35,491 nt of DNA, from assembly GCF_001194135.2 (NCBI RefSeq), contig NC_069003.1, positions 23,233,294 through 23,268,784 of the forward strand. Direction: 5' to 3'. Below are positions 1-12,289 of the stretch, in pieces. How positions within the stretch are numbered: position 1 is the first letter of the stretch; the number at the start of each line of letters is the position of its first letter. A program made the position numbers and the translations under genes. This DNA is from Octopus bimaculoides. Lineage: Eukaryota. The notes beneath the pieces were generated by a model. That model saw only the letters and a list, made by a program, of their open reading frames with translations. It was not told the DNA's origin and made no database searches.

Positions 1-180
1 ATATATATATATATATAAAGTGTGTGTGTGTGTATGTATATCTATATATTCATTTACAATCACAATTGCAAACGTATAGACACGCATGCAACACATACAG
101 TCGCTCTCTCTCTCGCTCTCTCTCTCTCTCTTTCTCTCTCTCTCACACACACACACACACGTACATATGCTCACACACGC
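1..180. repeat. Compound microsatellite (AT/GT/CT/CA)n
   Basis: Directly visible dinucleotide tracts. Confidence 0.95.
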
Positions 181-914
181 ATAAATCCATTCTGCATATA
201 TAACATCTATTATTTTTCTCTCTAAAAGCAAATCCTTGTCAGGGAATGGAATACAATTACCCAAATAAACAATGAACTGATCAATTAACTATAAATATTT
301 ATGACTAATATATAGTCTACTTCAACATTGAAACCTTTAGTCTGGCTAGTTATCATTTCTAGTTAAAAGCTAACTTTCTAGACATCGTTACGTGTTTAGT
401 TACAGGCAAACTATTACAATAATATAACCATACAGTTATGGACAGCTACTGTGGTCGTAGTTTAATATCAAGCAAGCCAATACTATTAGAGATCTTCATA
501 TAGATATAAAATAATGATAGATTGGAACTATGTTCCTGTTGCCCTCTACAGAATCTACCATAAGATTTGTACTTTCCTGTAGAAGTGACGGTTGTGCTAG
601 TGGATCGCCTGGTCATTGATGCTGGCTGTTTTTTTTCTTTTATAAAACTACGGCTTTGAATCTGCCCTGGGCTGTCTCCCTTCGGTATTTCTCATCGAGG
701 AAAGCTAAAGAGACAGAAACGTGTGTCTGGAAATAAACTATAGAAAAACATTGACCAGATATGGTGCTTTACACCTTTTTCCATAACAGGGAATTTTTTT
801 CTCCGCAGTAACTGCAGTGAATTTGCCTTTAGAAGTTAAAACATATCACAAACATATTTTAACTAAACCAAAGTCCGTTTATTCTACATTACTGTTTGGC
901 GCTAATGCTGCCCC

Positions 915-1130
<216 letters not shown>

Positions 1131-1226
1131 ACAAAGGCACTGTTGGAGACTGTCATTAGGCTGTTTATTTTCAGCTTCGTTAGTTTGCTGTTATAAAATG
1201 TCAAAATGACTTTGGGTCTTTTCTAG

Positions 1227-1350
1227 TTTGCACCACGAATACATTAAAATAATGAATAATATCATGCCGACGTTAGCAGTGCACCTAAGAACGGCCAATG
1301 AAATTTGCCGACATATTGAAGAGTTTGCGATGTGTTCACAATTATCATTG
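1227..1350 (+). CDS. Candidate internal exon of an unidentified gene (LHHEYIKIMNNIMPTLAVHLRTANEICRHIEEFAMCSQLSL)
   Basis: Acceptor tttgggtcttttctag (AG 1225-1226), 41 open codons of non-repetitive composition, donor TTG|gtaact at 1351. No family recognised; could be a decayed TE ORF. Confidence 0.25.
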
Positions 1351-1861
1351 GTAACTGACTAACATTTATGTGATGCACTTCGAAGACTAACTCCTAAAAG
1401 GGAAACCAGCGGATTGCTAATGATACGTGGATAACACATTTGTTCTCTGGCAAGACCTAGGGAATATGAACTTGTAGTGGAAATGTTCAGCAGTAACATC
1501 GATATACCCGATATCGCGATTCGCTTGAATATTGCCCACGTGATCGACAAAATCTAACCAATCATGACTTCGAGTGGAATAGTCTCGAGCGACGATTTTA
1601 TCTTTTGACGCATTTCTTTCTGAGCCTTATTCATTTGTATTAAATTCGACACACCGCGACTACTTAACAGAGAGCTTTGGGGCGCAGCAGAGAGGGCATT
1701 GACAGACACTGTGGGAGATGGATCACAGAAACGGCGGACAGCAGCCGACCACATAAAAGCAATGAACAATCAGAGGACGAAAGACATTAGAAGTCAGTAA
1801 CACGGCAAGCAACAAACTACATTTTATCTGCTGTTACTCTATCTGCTGTTAGTTTATCTGC

Positions 1862-2476
1862 TGGTGAATAGGGCGGGGGTAGGAACGATACCATTTTGTT
1901 TTTGGCGAGAAACTTATGAATGAGGAGAGCTCGGTGATAGAGTGCATTGTCGTCGTGAAGAATCCAATTCTTCGCGCTCCTCAAATCCGGTCCCTTTCAC
2001 CGAATGTCCTCTCTCAAACGCTTCAAAACGTCGTAGTAGAACTCTCGATTGACGTTCTGGCCCTAGGGAACGAATCCTCGATGTACGATACCACATTTCC
2101 GGGGGAACAGTCGTGGCAAGTCTTCCAGATCACTCATCATCTTCCAGGGACGTTCTTCCACTTTTGAAGTGCCCGGACCTCTTGAACCATTGCGTACGAC
2201 CCATTGCGTACGACCCATTGCCGAAGCATGCTCAATGACTCTGTAATGCAAAATTTCACGTTGGCTCTTTGTTCCTGTTCATCACAAAATCGCAGACTAT
2301 AGCATACACGTGATCACAAAAACACAAATTTCACAACTTGCGAAATAAACACAACGATGTCACTCGGTACACTGCCTCATTAAGGTCACTGCTAGCCCTC
2401 ACTGCGTACGCAACCGTGTGCTGCCATCTGTTGGCGTACTACAGAACTAGTCCGACAACTTCTTGATACCACCTTG
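1862..2476 (-). mobile_element. Internally deleted, 3'-truncated mariner (DD34D-type) transposon relic
   Basis: Minus strand gives EQRANVKFC, AMGRTQW and GIVHRGFVP*GQNVNREFYYDVLKRLREDIR*KGPDLRSAKNWILHDDNALYHR..PPPYSP. Terminus caaggtggtatcaagaagttgtcggactag next to TA at 2477-2478. 14-bp tandem duplication ccattgcgtacgac at 2187-2214; internal deletion junction near 2100. Confidence 0.9.
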
Positions 2477-2616
2477 TATTTGTGGAAGGAAAAACTGACA
2501 GAACTAGAAAGTTCAGGACACAGGAACGTTAAAAATTCTGCAGCGGCGTAACATACATCGCTTTACAATCAAATCGGAACTTCTTAATATAAAAAAACAA
2601 CACATTACTATGTTAA

Positions 2617-3186
2617 TGGGATCTTTTTTAAAACGGGGTCCACATTTTTCATTAACGAAACACTTTGAAACTTGGAACACTGGTAGAATGTGTCATATAA
2701 AACATCTTTTTCTCTTAGTCTTCTTAAAAAAAAAAGAAATCCATAAATTATTCCATGTTAAAGTTGTCGTATTTCTGTAATTTCAACCAATCACTGACGT
2801 CCATTCAGCCGATATACATTAAGCGCCGACTACATAAACAAACGATTCTGAAACAATTAACCCTAACCCTAACCCTAACCGTAGGGTTAGGGTTAGGGTT
2901 AGGGTTAGGGTTAAAGCAAATTTAAAATGAAAAAAGCAAATAAAACGAAGAATCGTTTGTTTATGTAGTCGGCACTTAATGTATATCGGCTGAATGGACG
3001 TCAGTGATTGGTTGAAATTATCGAAATAAGACAATTTTTTACATGAAATAAATTCGAATACAAAAATATTTTTCTGTTCTATAACACAAAATAGATAAGT
3101 ATACGAAGTTTGAAAGTCTTTCGGTACCAAAAACACTACGTAAAACATTAATGAAAAATGTGGCCCCCGTTTTAAAAAAGATCCTG
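2617..3186. mobile_element. Foldback MITE-like element with ~40-bp TIRs, TTAA flanks, inner 71-bp inverted repeat and central telomeric repeats
   Basis: TTAA at 2613-2616 and 3187-3190; TIR (t/c)(g/a)ggatcttttttaaaacgggg(t/g)ccacatttttcattaa at both ends; inner arms 2778-2848 and 2950-3020. Confidence 0.85.
2858..2913. repeat. Interstitial telomeric repeats in inverted arrangement: (TAACCC)3 TAACC G TAGGG (TTAGGG)4 TTA
   Basis: Read directly. Confidence 0.95.
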
Positions 3187-3324
3187 TTAATGTGTAATTC
3201 AGTGATGTACTTGCATCAGTCAACGCATCTATTCATTTTAACGGCGATTTCCCAACATGGCCGCAGCTCTCGAGCTGAAACTAGTAAAGAAAATATATAC
3301 ATATAATGTATTTGTAGCAGGCGT

Positions 3325-3640
3325 TCGATTGCGGCCATGCTGGAACACCACCTTGAAGCGTTTTAGTCGAACGAATCGACCCCAGTAATTACTCTATCGG
3401 ATTCTTTTGCCGAAGTGCTTAGTTACGGGTACGTAAACAAACCAACATCGGTTGTGGGTGACGAACACAGCACAAAAACACAAGTACACATGACTGGTTT
3501 CTTTCCGACAACCAAACCCACTCGCAAGGCGATGGTTGGCCCGAAGCTGTAGCAGAAGACACCTGCCCAAGGTGCCACGCAATGGGACTGAACGCGAAAT
3601 CGAGTAGTTGGGAAGCAAACTTCTTACCACACAGCCAAGC
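3325..3640 (-). mobile_element. tRNA-derived SINE, family A (diverged copy)
   Basis: Reverse complement aligns with the family A copy at 3681-4115 (head tggctgtgtggtaagaagtttgcttcccaac, tail gcatggccgcaatc). Confidence 0.85.
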
Positions 3641-3680
3641 TTATACAACTTCAAAATGAATGAGAAAAATACAAACTATA

Positions 3681-3879
3681 GGCGCAGGAGTGGCTGTGTG
3701 GTAAGTAGCTTGCTTACCAACCACATGGTTTTGGGTTCAGTCCCACTGTGTGGCACCTTGGGCAAGTGTCTTTTACTATAGCCTCGGGCCGATTAAAGCC
3801 TTGTGAGTGGATTTGGTAGACGGAAACTGAAAGAAGCCCATCGTATATATATATGTATATATATGTGTGTGTGTGTGTA

Positions 3880-3912
<33 letters not shown>

Positions 3913-4115
3913 TTGTGTGTCTGTGTTTGTCCCCCTAGCATTGCTTGACAACCGATGCTGGTGTGTTTGCGTCCCCGTAACTTAGCGGTTCGGCAAAAGA
4001 GACCGATAGAGTAAGTACTAGACTTACAAAGAATAAGTCCTGGGGTCGATTTCCTCGACTAAAGGCGGTGCTCCAGCATGGCCGCAGTCAAATGACTGAA
4101 ACAAGTAAAAGAGTA
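3681..4115 (+). mobile_element. tRNA-derived SINE, family A, full length with internal (AT)/(GT) microsatellite
   Basis: A-box-like TGGCTGTGTGG, B-box-like GGTTCAGTCCC, central accttgggcaagtgtctt segment, tail ending gaaacaagtaaaagagt; more than ten related copies in the window. Confidence 0.9.
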
Positions 4116-4980
4116 AGTTAGTTACATATATTAAACTATTACGCAAAACGGGAAGTAAATAGACCGAAAGACAGGTAGTAAAATGATGATATTCTTCAAC
4201 TAAACTCTCTTCTGGAAGATTCCTAATACAAAATGTGTTAAAGGAATAATTTAACGAAAGGTTGGAATATTGATCTGGAAAAGATGAAGGACAAAATGAA
4301 ATACTTTCAGGCATTTTGTCCAGTGGTTTACGATTTCTTCCAACTCGAACGTTTAAAATGGAAACAATAAAATAAGTATATAAAAACGAATTCGTAAAAT
4401 AAAATTTGACTCGAAAAATACTTTAGAAGAATGAAGAAAATAATGGAGAAATAAACAAAATATTAAACAGGGAAAACAAGCAATGAAATCATAAGGAAGT
4501 TAAACGTTTTTTAAGGTGAGTTTTCGAAAACCATCTGAAAGGAAATTGTGAAAAAACGAAAAGGAATGTTTGACTAGTTGTAGGAAATGTTGTTGATATT
4601 AGAGTTGAGTAAATGGACAAGTGACCTGTTTCTATCTTTAATAAAATCATGCCTGGAAGATGGATATCGAAATAATTAAAGATTTGCGCTTCCTACAAGA
4701 TGGAGGCTGTGAAATATTGACAAAGAATTATATGGAAACATTAAATACATCATAGGCATACATAAACACACATACATACATACATACATACATAAATACA
4801 TATATAAATACATTGGGAAAGGATGCGTGGCGTTATAAACATACACAAACACATAAACATGTACGCATATACACACAAACACGCACATACACACATCTAT
4901 AATACCTATGTGTTGCAGTTATATAAATTGTGCTTCCTGTATTGTAAGCCATATTTGTAATAAACACACGTACATACACA

Positions 4981-5019
<39 letters not shown>

Positions 5020-5419
5020 NNNNNNNNNNNNNNNNNNNNNNNNNNNNNNNNNNNNNNNNNNNNNNNNNNNNNNNNNNNNNNNNNNNNNNNNNNNNNNNNN
5101 NNNNNNNNNNNNNNNNNNNNNNNNNNNNNNNNNNNNNNNNNNNNNNNNNNNNNNNNNNNNNNNNNNNNNNNNNNNNNNNNNNNNNNNNNNNNNNNNNNNN
5201 NNNNNNNNNNNNNNNNNNNNNNNNNNNNNNNNNNNNNNNNNNNNNNNNNNNNNNNNNNNNNNNNNNNNNNNNNNNNNNNNNNNNNNNNNNNNNNNNNNNN
5301 NNNNNNNNNNNNNNNNNNNNNNNNNNNNNNNNNNNNNNNNNNNNNNNNNNNNNNNNNNNNNNNNNNNNNNNNNNNNNNNNNNNNNNNNNNNNNNNNNNNN
5401 NNNNNNNNNNNNNNNNNNN
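5020..5419. other. Assembly gap (N) between (CT)n and (CA)n tracts
   Basis: Run of N. Confidence 1.
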
Positions 5420-5462
5420 CACACACACATACCATATACACACATACCACACACACACATAC

Positions 5463-5493
<31 letters not shown>

Positions 5494-5530
5494 CACACGC
5501 ACATACCACACACACACACATACCACACAC

Positions 5531-5937
5531 CTTTTACTCGTTACAATCATCGAACTGCAGCTATGCTAGGGTACCACCTTGAACGATTTAGTCGAACAAA
5601 CTGACACCTAACGCTTCTCTTAAAGCTGGTACTTGTACCTTCGGTATCTTTTGTCGAATAGCCAAGTTATATGGATGCAAACAAACTAACACCGGTTATC
5701 AAGCAGTGGTGGAGGACAAACACAAACACTCACGCATAGGCACATGCATGTACACAGACACACACATACACAAGACAGGCTTCTTACAGTTTCCGTCGCC
5801 CAAGTCCACTCACAAGGCTTTGGTCGTCCTGGAGCTATAGTAAAAGATATTTGTCCAAGTTGCCGCGCAGTGAGACTGAACCCTGGGTCACCTTGATGGG
5901 AAGCAAACTTCTTACACATAAATACCAGCCTGCACCT
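5531..5937 (-). mobile_element. SINE family A, old diverged copy
   Basis: Collinear similarity to the reverse complement of 3681-4115. Confidence 0.8.
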
Positions 5938-5963
5938 ATATGTATGTGTGAGTGTGTGTGCAC

Positions 5964-6010
<47 letters not shown>

Positions 6011-6264
6011 CTAAAATACAGATGAAATGCACAAAAATATTAATAGAATTATTAAATAGTCTTTATAAGGTATAGAAAGACATACATACACACGTACATA
6101 TATTTATTCGAACATGCGCGGACACATGCGTGCACACACACACACACACACACATATACATACACATAAATTGTTATATTGTATATGTCCAACTAATATG
6201 TGAACATTTGCGTTTGCGTCCACGCAAGCGTATCCGAAATTGCCCTTAAGTCGAAGAAATTGTT

Positions 6265-6665
6265 TATTAACCATTCAATCAGGGTTTAGATTCCGTAATA
6301 ATTTGTCTTTTTTCTTTTATTCTTTGCTCTTCTGTGGTAGAATCTCAGCATTTATTAAGTGGAAATATTTTAAAATTTGGAGGCACCATTCCAGCCTATA
6401 TTGCTATATGTTCACTTAATAGAATTTTCCTGGTCTTCTCATTATTTATTTCTTGCTTCTGCACCGTTACACTCCTGCGAAGCGTTAATCCCATCTATTC
6501 GATGTAGTTATGTAAGCACCCACAGCATGTTATGGCATAAATTAAATTTATATTTTGCTATCACTATACACAGAGCTTCCTGTCCAGCTACAAAATCTTG
6601 CATATTGCGACTACTATAAACGTAATCATTTGAAAACTCCTGACGCCTGGATGAAGCCTGTTACG
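6265..6665 (-). mobile_element. Penelope-like element 3' fragment (GIY-YIG endonuclease), decayed
   Basis: Minus-strand translation NLIYAITCCGCLHNYIE*MGLTLRRSVTVQKQEINNEKTRKILLSEHI..PNFKIFPL..ESKP*LNG matches the PLE GIY-YIG layout (IY-x-C-x2-C-x3-YIG, C-terminal P-x-LN). Confidence 0.8.
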
Positions 6666-7039
6666 TAATTTAAGAAAAAAAAATTAATGCATTCGTATAT
6701 GATGTTACACCTGTTTTTGTCTCTTTAACTTTTCTTAAAAAATTGCAATAACTCTCTTAATGTTTTGTGTATTTTCACCTATTTTTTTGTTTATATACAG
6801 AAATATCTAACCATTTTTTCACTACATATATATCTTGAAACTATAAGTTGTATATCGAATACCGTTTTTTATTCCTTCTTTCTTGTTTGCACTGTGTGTG
6901 TGTGAGCAACATTCAGTTGCTCACACACGCACACACATACATACACACACACGTCCGCTGCCCGCACGCACGCATGCACACACACGCACGCACACACACA
7001 CACATACATGCACACGTACACGCGTGCACACACACATAC

Positions 7040-8560
7040 AGACAGATCTTCCGAAAATAGTCAAAGGAAAAAAAATTGACGGTATTTTTCGATGTAACAA
7101 ATCTTTATTCAAATATTCCTCAAGACTTAAGAATTGAAGCCAGTAAATTCTGGTTGAATAAATATACAGGCGAGTTTCGCCATCGCATAAAAAAAAAAGA
7201 ATTAATCATAGAAAGACTAAAATTTATTCAAAGGGATAATGATTTTAATGTTCAATGACAACTTTTCGCGAAAGAAATCTGGGACTGCGCTGGGGATGTA
7301 AACAATCCTGTCCGTTGCAAATCTAGTTACGGGCTACCTAGAGAATACGATATATCAAAAATTACTACGTAAACATGGAAACTCTTTCTTCAAATATATA
7401 CAAAAAAGATTGAGAAAGTACCTCGACGATTGCTTCATTCTATGGAATGGAGCAGAGAAATTAAAAGAATTTGAAACACTCCTCGGTGGAATTAATAAAA
7501 TTACACGAAGGGATGCTAAAATGATTCAGGCTTTAAAGGTATCGCGAAAGGCCTGATTGGAGGTCCAACCTTCCGAGTTCTTTTACAGGGATTAGAAAAC
7601 GCGAAGGATCGCTGCAATAACTGTGTGAATCTGAGAAGGGAATATGTTGAATAAAATCATAATTAACTGATCCTCTTGTATTTTCTTTTTACCCAAAGCC
7701 TGGAACTTTTCAGCAACCCTCGTACAATTCACTATGGAATATCGACATAACCAACTCTCATTTTAGACATCCTGATAAAGAAAACCAACAACTAAAGAGA
7801 GACGGATATTCAATGTAAACCCATGGACTCCAAACATTATACGGGACATACCAGAATAAATGTCTTTTATCATCTAGCCAAAAAGAATTGCGCATTAGCA
7901 TTTGATGCAAATATCCGTGACAGAAGACTCCAAGAACTTAATGATACACTCTTTGACAGGAATTACCCGCCGTATTTGATCCAAAATGGAATACAATGAG
8001 CCAAGAATTCAGTATCCGAGAATAAAATGAAATTGAAGGTCATACCACACATCACCACCGACAATCGTAAAACAATGACGCTACGACATCATACTCCAGA
8101 ACACTGAAAAAGGACACCAGACTGAATCAAATCCTCCAAACACCTGCCTTCATAAATACAAAAGACAACTCAAATGAATGAAAAAATACCAACAAAGGCC
8201 AAACTTCACACAATACCAACAGGTCCAACAGTAAAAATATATGAAAGACTCCACAGTGGTATATGTATTAATCTGACGTTCTTTCAGATCATAAATCCGT
8301 TTCAAGTAAGGACAACTTCACAATAATAAATAACTTCACCTGTGCATCTGAAAACGTAATCTATGCAACTATATTCTTATGATGTGAAGAAAACTACATT
8401 GGACAAACTGAGGTTCCTTAAGATAACGCATCACCCTACATAGATCGCAAATTAAAATACGGGAATAGAGACAAGTAGAACTCAATGGAGATATAGACAC
8501 GTGCAAGTTAAAAACAACTAAATTAAAAAAATTTCCTTTATATTAATTTAGCGATTATAC
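7040..8560 (+). mobile_element. Penelope-like retroelement (RT + GIY-YIG), 5'-truncated, frameshifted, interrupted by a MITE
   Basis: Pieces FDVTNLYSNIP, GTALG, VANLVTGYLE, KYLDDCFILW, QFTMEY, NNFTCASENVIYA..CEENYIGQT. Confidence 0.9.
7504..7722 (+). mobile_element. Mariner-derived MITE inserted in the Penelope RT
   Basis: TA at 7502-7503 and 7723-7724; imperfect TIRs cgaagggatgctaaaatgattcaggcttt / aaagcctggaacttttcagcaaccctcg; retains the mariner C-terminus LQGLENAKDRCNNCVNLRREYVE*. Confidence 0.85.
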
Positions 8561-9342
8561 AAGTTAGCAAGAACGCGTCAACAACGAAGCAACCAAATAA
8601 CAAACACATTTAAATACTTGTAGCAGAGAAGGAGAGGCAACTATCGCCAAGCCTGCTGCTTCTAGTAGTAGTAGTAGTAGTAGTAGTTAGGATGACAAAA
8701 CAACTGTTACACCACTGACATTCCTGCAGCTGCTGCTGCTACCGGGAGCCATATCTGTTGCTGCCTCTACTGATAGAAACTTCTGCTGCTGTTACTACCA
8801 TCACGACCCTGCAAAACTCAGAAAGAAACGAATGACGAACACTACGTGATTTTTGTGACGAAAGCATAAACTTCCAGAATTGATATCAATTTGTATCTCT
8901 TTTCATTTCAGCATGAATAAATTATTTTTTTTAAAGCAACTGAAATACGCAGTATATTTTGGATAAAAATGTAAATAAGTTCTTACTTTTATTCATGACA
9001 AAGTTCTCGAGGCTCTTTCTTTTTGTTTCCAATATATATTTACACTTACACACACACATATCCACGCACATATATATATACATATGCATGTATATGTGTA
9101 TGTATATGTCATTTTATATATTGTATGCACGTATGTATGTATGTATGTATGTATGTGTGTGTGTGTGTGTGTGTGTATTTGTATGAGTATGCGTGTGTGT
9201 GTGTTTGTGTGTATGAATGAAGTCCTTTGCTTAGTACTTCATATAAATCCATATATGTCCATCTTCCAATTGGGTATTAATTTTTCGTCAGATTTTCACT
9301 AGCTGTTATATATGTATGTATGTATATATGTCATATATATAG

Positions 9343-9389
<47 letters not shown>

Positions 9390-9410
9390 CATACATATGT
9401 ATATATCTAT

Positions 9411-9625
9411 GTGGTGCATGTCTTTGTCTCCCACCACTGCTTGACAACCAGTGTTGGCGTGTTTATGTCCTTGTCACTTAGCAGTTTGTCAAAATAGACT
9501 GATAGGATAAGTACTAGGCTTTAAAAAAATAAATCTCAGGGTCAATTTGTTTGATTAAAACCCTTCAAAACGGTGCCCCAGCATGGCCGCAGTCTAACGG
9601 TTTAAACAAGTAAAAGATAAAAGAT
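9411..9625 (+). mobile_element. SINE family A, 3' half
   Basis: Tail motifs cttgacaacc, gataagtactaggct, gtgccccagcatggccgcagtc. Confidence 0.8.
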
Positions 9626-9939
9626 AATCTATTTAAAGCTCAGATGTTTATATTACTCGAGTTTTCTGTACTGCAAATCTTTCTGGTGACTAACTCAGAC
9701 AAGTTAAATGATTACATTCGTTTCTGGTTATGCCATCTTCTCAATGCCTTGGTCTGCTCTCATGGCAATTAACTGGAGCTTGTATTGTTTTCCTTTGTTT
9801 TGTCAATGCATACCTATGATAGAAATGTGTGCAGTGTTTTATGCAGTTTTTGTTTAATTTATCCTCGCTAATGACTGACTATGGTTGACTGCAGAATCAA
9901 CTGGCAGAACATTTAGATAAAATTATTCTGGAGGACGAT

Positions 9940-9981
9940 ACACATACACACATATATGTATGTACATACATATACATACAC

Positions 9982-10046
<65 letters not shown>

Positions 10047-10520
10047 CATATATATATACATACAAATACAAACATATACATACATGCATATACATACATA
10101 CTCATTCATACATATGCATACATACATGNNNNNNNNNNNNNNNNNNNNNNNNNNNNNNNNNNNNNNNNNNNNNNCCATACAGATATACACATACATAAAC
10201 ACACATACATACATATACATACATACACGTACATACATATGCATACATACATGAGTACACACACGTATATCCATACAGATATACATATACATAAACATAC
10301 ATACACATACATACAAATACAAACATATACATACACGTACATACATATGCATACATACATGCATACATACACATACATACATACAAGTACAAATATACAT
10401 ACATTTACATACATACACATACATCATATACATAAATACACACACATATATACATGCATACATGCATACATACATTCATACATGCATACATACATGCATG
10501 CATACATACATACATACATC
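9940..10520. repeat. (AT)n/(CATA)n compound tract with a ~95-bp internal duplication; small gap at 10129-10174
   Basis: Read directly; ccatacagatatac recurs at ~10175 and ~10271. Confidence 0.9.
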
Positions 10521-11159
10521 TGTCTGTATCTGTGTCTGTATGTATCTGAGCTTCAAAGTTTCCAGTTGTTTGCCAAAGACTTCTCTCATGTGGCACACCA
10601 CAGCTGGCCAGTCCCATCTCTCCACCGTCGCTGTCACACTGACCTCAGAGACATTCAGTATTACAACAATTATTACAAATGAGTTTTGTCCAACGCCCTG
10701 ACAACTCCGACAACCCCTCCCTCAGCTCTATATGCATATGTGCGTGCATGTGAGACTTTGTGAGACTGCTTGTGGGGGGCACATCTGTGATACACTTACA
10801 CACATATATATGTGATCGTGCGAGCGTATGGAGGTTCATTTTATAATACATTTTAATGCAAGTGCGTAATTTCTGCATCAGCACATATAAAATTCATATG
10901 CTTAACCAATCACAAGAGGATTTATGTTGTACAAAATAGCCATTTACTCACATCCTGTCAGTTTTATTTTTGCATAAACCATATATTAAAACATCTCTAT
11001 CAAATCTATATTAAAATATCTACATCCTATTATTGGACATTATTCGATTCTTTACCAGTCGACTTTCACTTGTGAAACATAGCAAGGCAACAAAACACAG
11101 CAGAAATTTCTATTGAACATTTCTTACTTTTGTGTTTAGGATTCTGATTCATATGTTTA

Positions 11160-11260
11160 TTGTGGTTGTTGTTGTTGTTGCTGTGGTTGTTGTTGTTGTT
11201 CTTGTTGTTGTAGTTGTTATGTTTGTTTGTTTGTTGTTGTTGTTGTTGTTGTTGCTGCTA
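11160..11260. repeat. (GTT)n microsatellite
   Basis: Read directly. Confidence 0.9.
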
Positions 11261-11327
11261 TTGTTTTGTGTTCTTTCAGCTTTCATTTCAATGCAGATTT
11301 ATGACTTATGATTTCAATTAATTGTAG

Positions 11328-11364
11328 CTTGTGTGTATGTGTGTGTGTGTGTGTGTGTACGTAC

Positions 11365-11396
<32 letters not shown>

Positions 11397-11910
11397 TTGT
11401 GTGTGTGTACGTGTGTGTGGGGGGGGGGTGCAGGTGTGAGCGTGTGTGAGTGTGTTTATGTGGGAGTATGTGTGTGTGTGATTGTGTTTGAGAGTGTGTA
11501 TATGTGTGAGTGCGTATGTAAATGTGTGTATTTGTGAGGGTGTATGTGTGAGTGTGTGCATGTATCGGTGTGTGTATGAGTGAGTGCCTTTGTGTGAGTG
11601 TGTGTGCGTGTGTATATATGTGTCTATATATATGTGTATGTGAGAGCATGTGTCTATGTAAATGTGTGCACGAGTGTGTAATTGCGAGTGTATGTGAGTG
11701 TGTGTGTGTGTGTTTGAGTGTATGTGTGAGCTTGTGTCTGTGTGAATGTGCGTGAGAGTGTGTGTGCGTGTGTGTGTGTGTGTCTATGTATGTGTGTATG
11801 TGAGAGCATGTGTCTGTGTAAATGTGTGCACTAGTGTGTAATTGCGAGTGTATGTGAGTATGTGCGTGTGTGTGTTTGAGTGTGAGTGTATGTGTGAGCT
11901 TGTGTCTGTG
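11328..11910. repeat. Degenerate (GT)n tract containing a ~160-bp-period duplication
   Basis: gtgagagcatgtgtct..aaatgtgtgcac..gtgtaattgcgagtgtatgtgag occurs at ~11640 and ~11800. Confidence 0.85.
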
Positions 11911-12143
11911 TTATTTCTTTACTACCCACAAGGGGCTACACACAGAAGGGACAAACAAGGACAGACAAACGGATTAAGTCGATTATATCGACCCCAGTGC
12001 GTAACTGGTACTTATTTAATCGACCCCGACAGGATGAAAGGCAAAGTCGACCTCGGCGGAATTTGAACTCAGAACGTAGCGGCAGACGAAATACCGCTAA
12101 ACATTTCGTCCGGCGTGCTAACGTTTCTGCCAGCTCGCCACCT
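11911..12143 (-). mobile_element. tRNA-derived SINE, family B, full length
   Basis: Reverse complement begins ggtggcgagctggcagaaacgttagc, with B-box GAGTTCAAATTCC; flanking direct repeat tgtctgtg at 11903-11910 and 12146-12153; aligns with 16548-16778. Confidence 0.9.
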
Positions 12144-12289
12144 TTGTCTGTGTGAATGTGCATGAGTGTGTGTGTGTGAGTGTGTGTGTGTGTATGAATA
12201 TGTGTTTGAGTATGGGTGTGTGAATGTGTATGTATACATAATATATGATATTGTCCAGAACATTCTGTTCAATCTTCAGTATTTATCTA

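Noticed and set aside
2858-2913. Chromosome end-to-end fusion scar
   Set aside because: A fusion gives (TTAGGG)n then (CCCTAA)n; the order here is reversed and the repeats sit inside a TIR element
6265-8560. Two Penelope pieces as one inverted PLE structure
   Set aside because: Their GIY-YIG regions differ substantially in sequence, so they appear to be separate families
8832-8885. TGACGA + hairpin motifs downstream of the PLE as hammerheads
   Set aside because: Neither is followed by GAAA and no stem I is evident
10545-10725. Protein-like frames in a unique island (e.g. minus strand VTATVERWDWPAVVCHMREVFGKQLETLK)
   Set aside because: No consistent splice pair and no recognisable family
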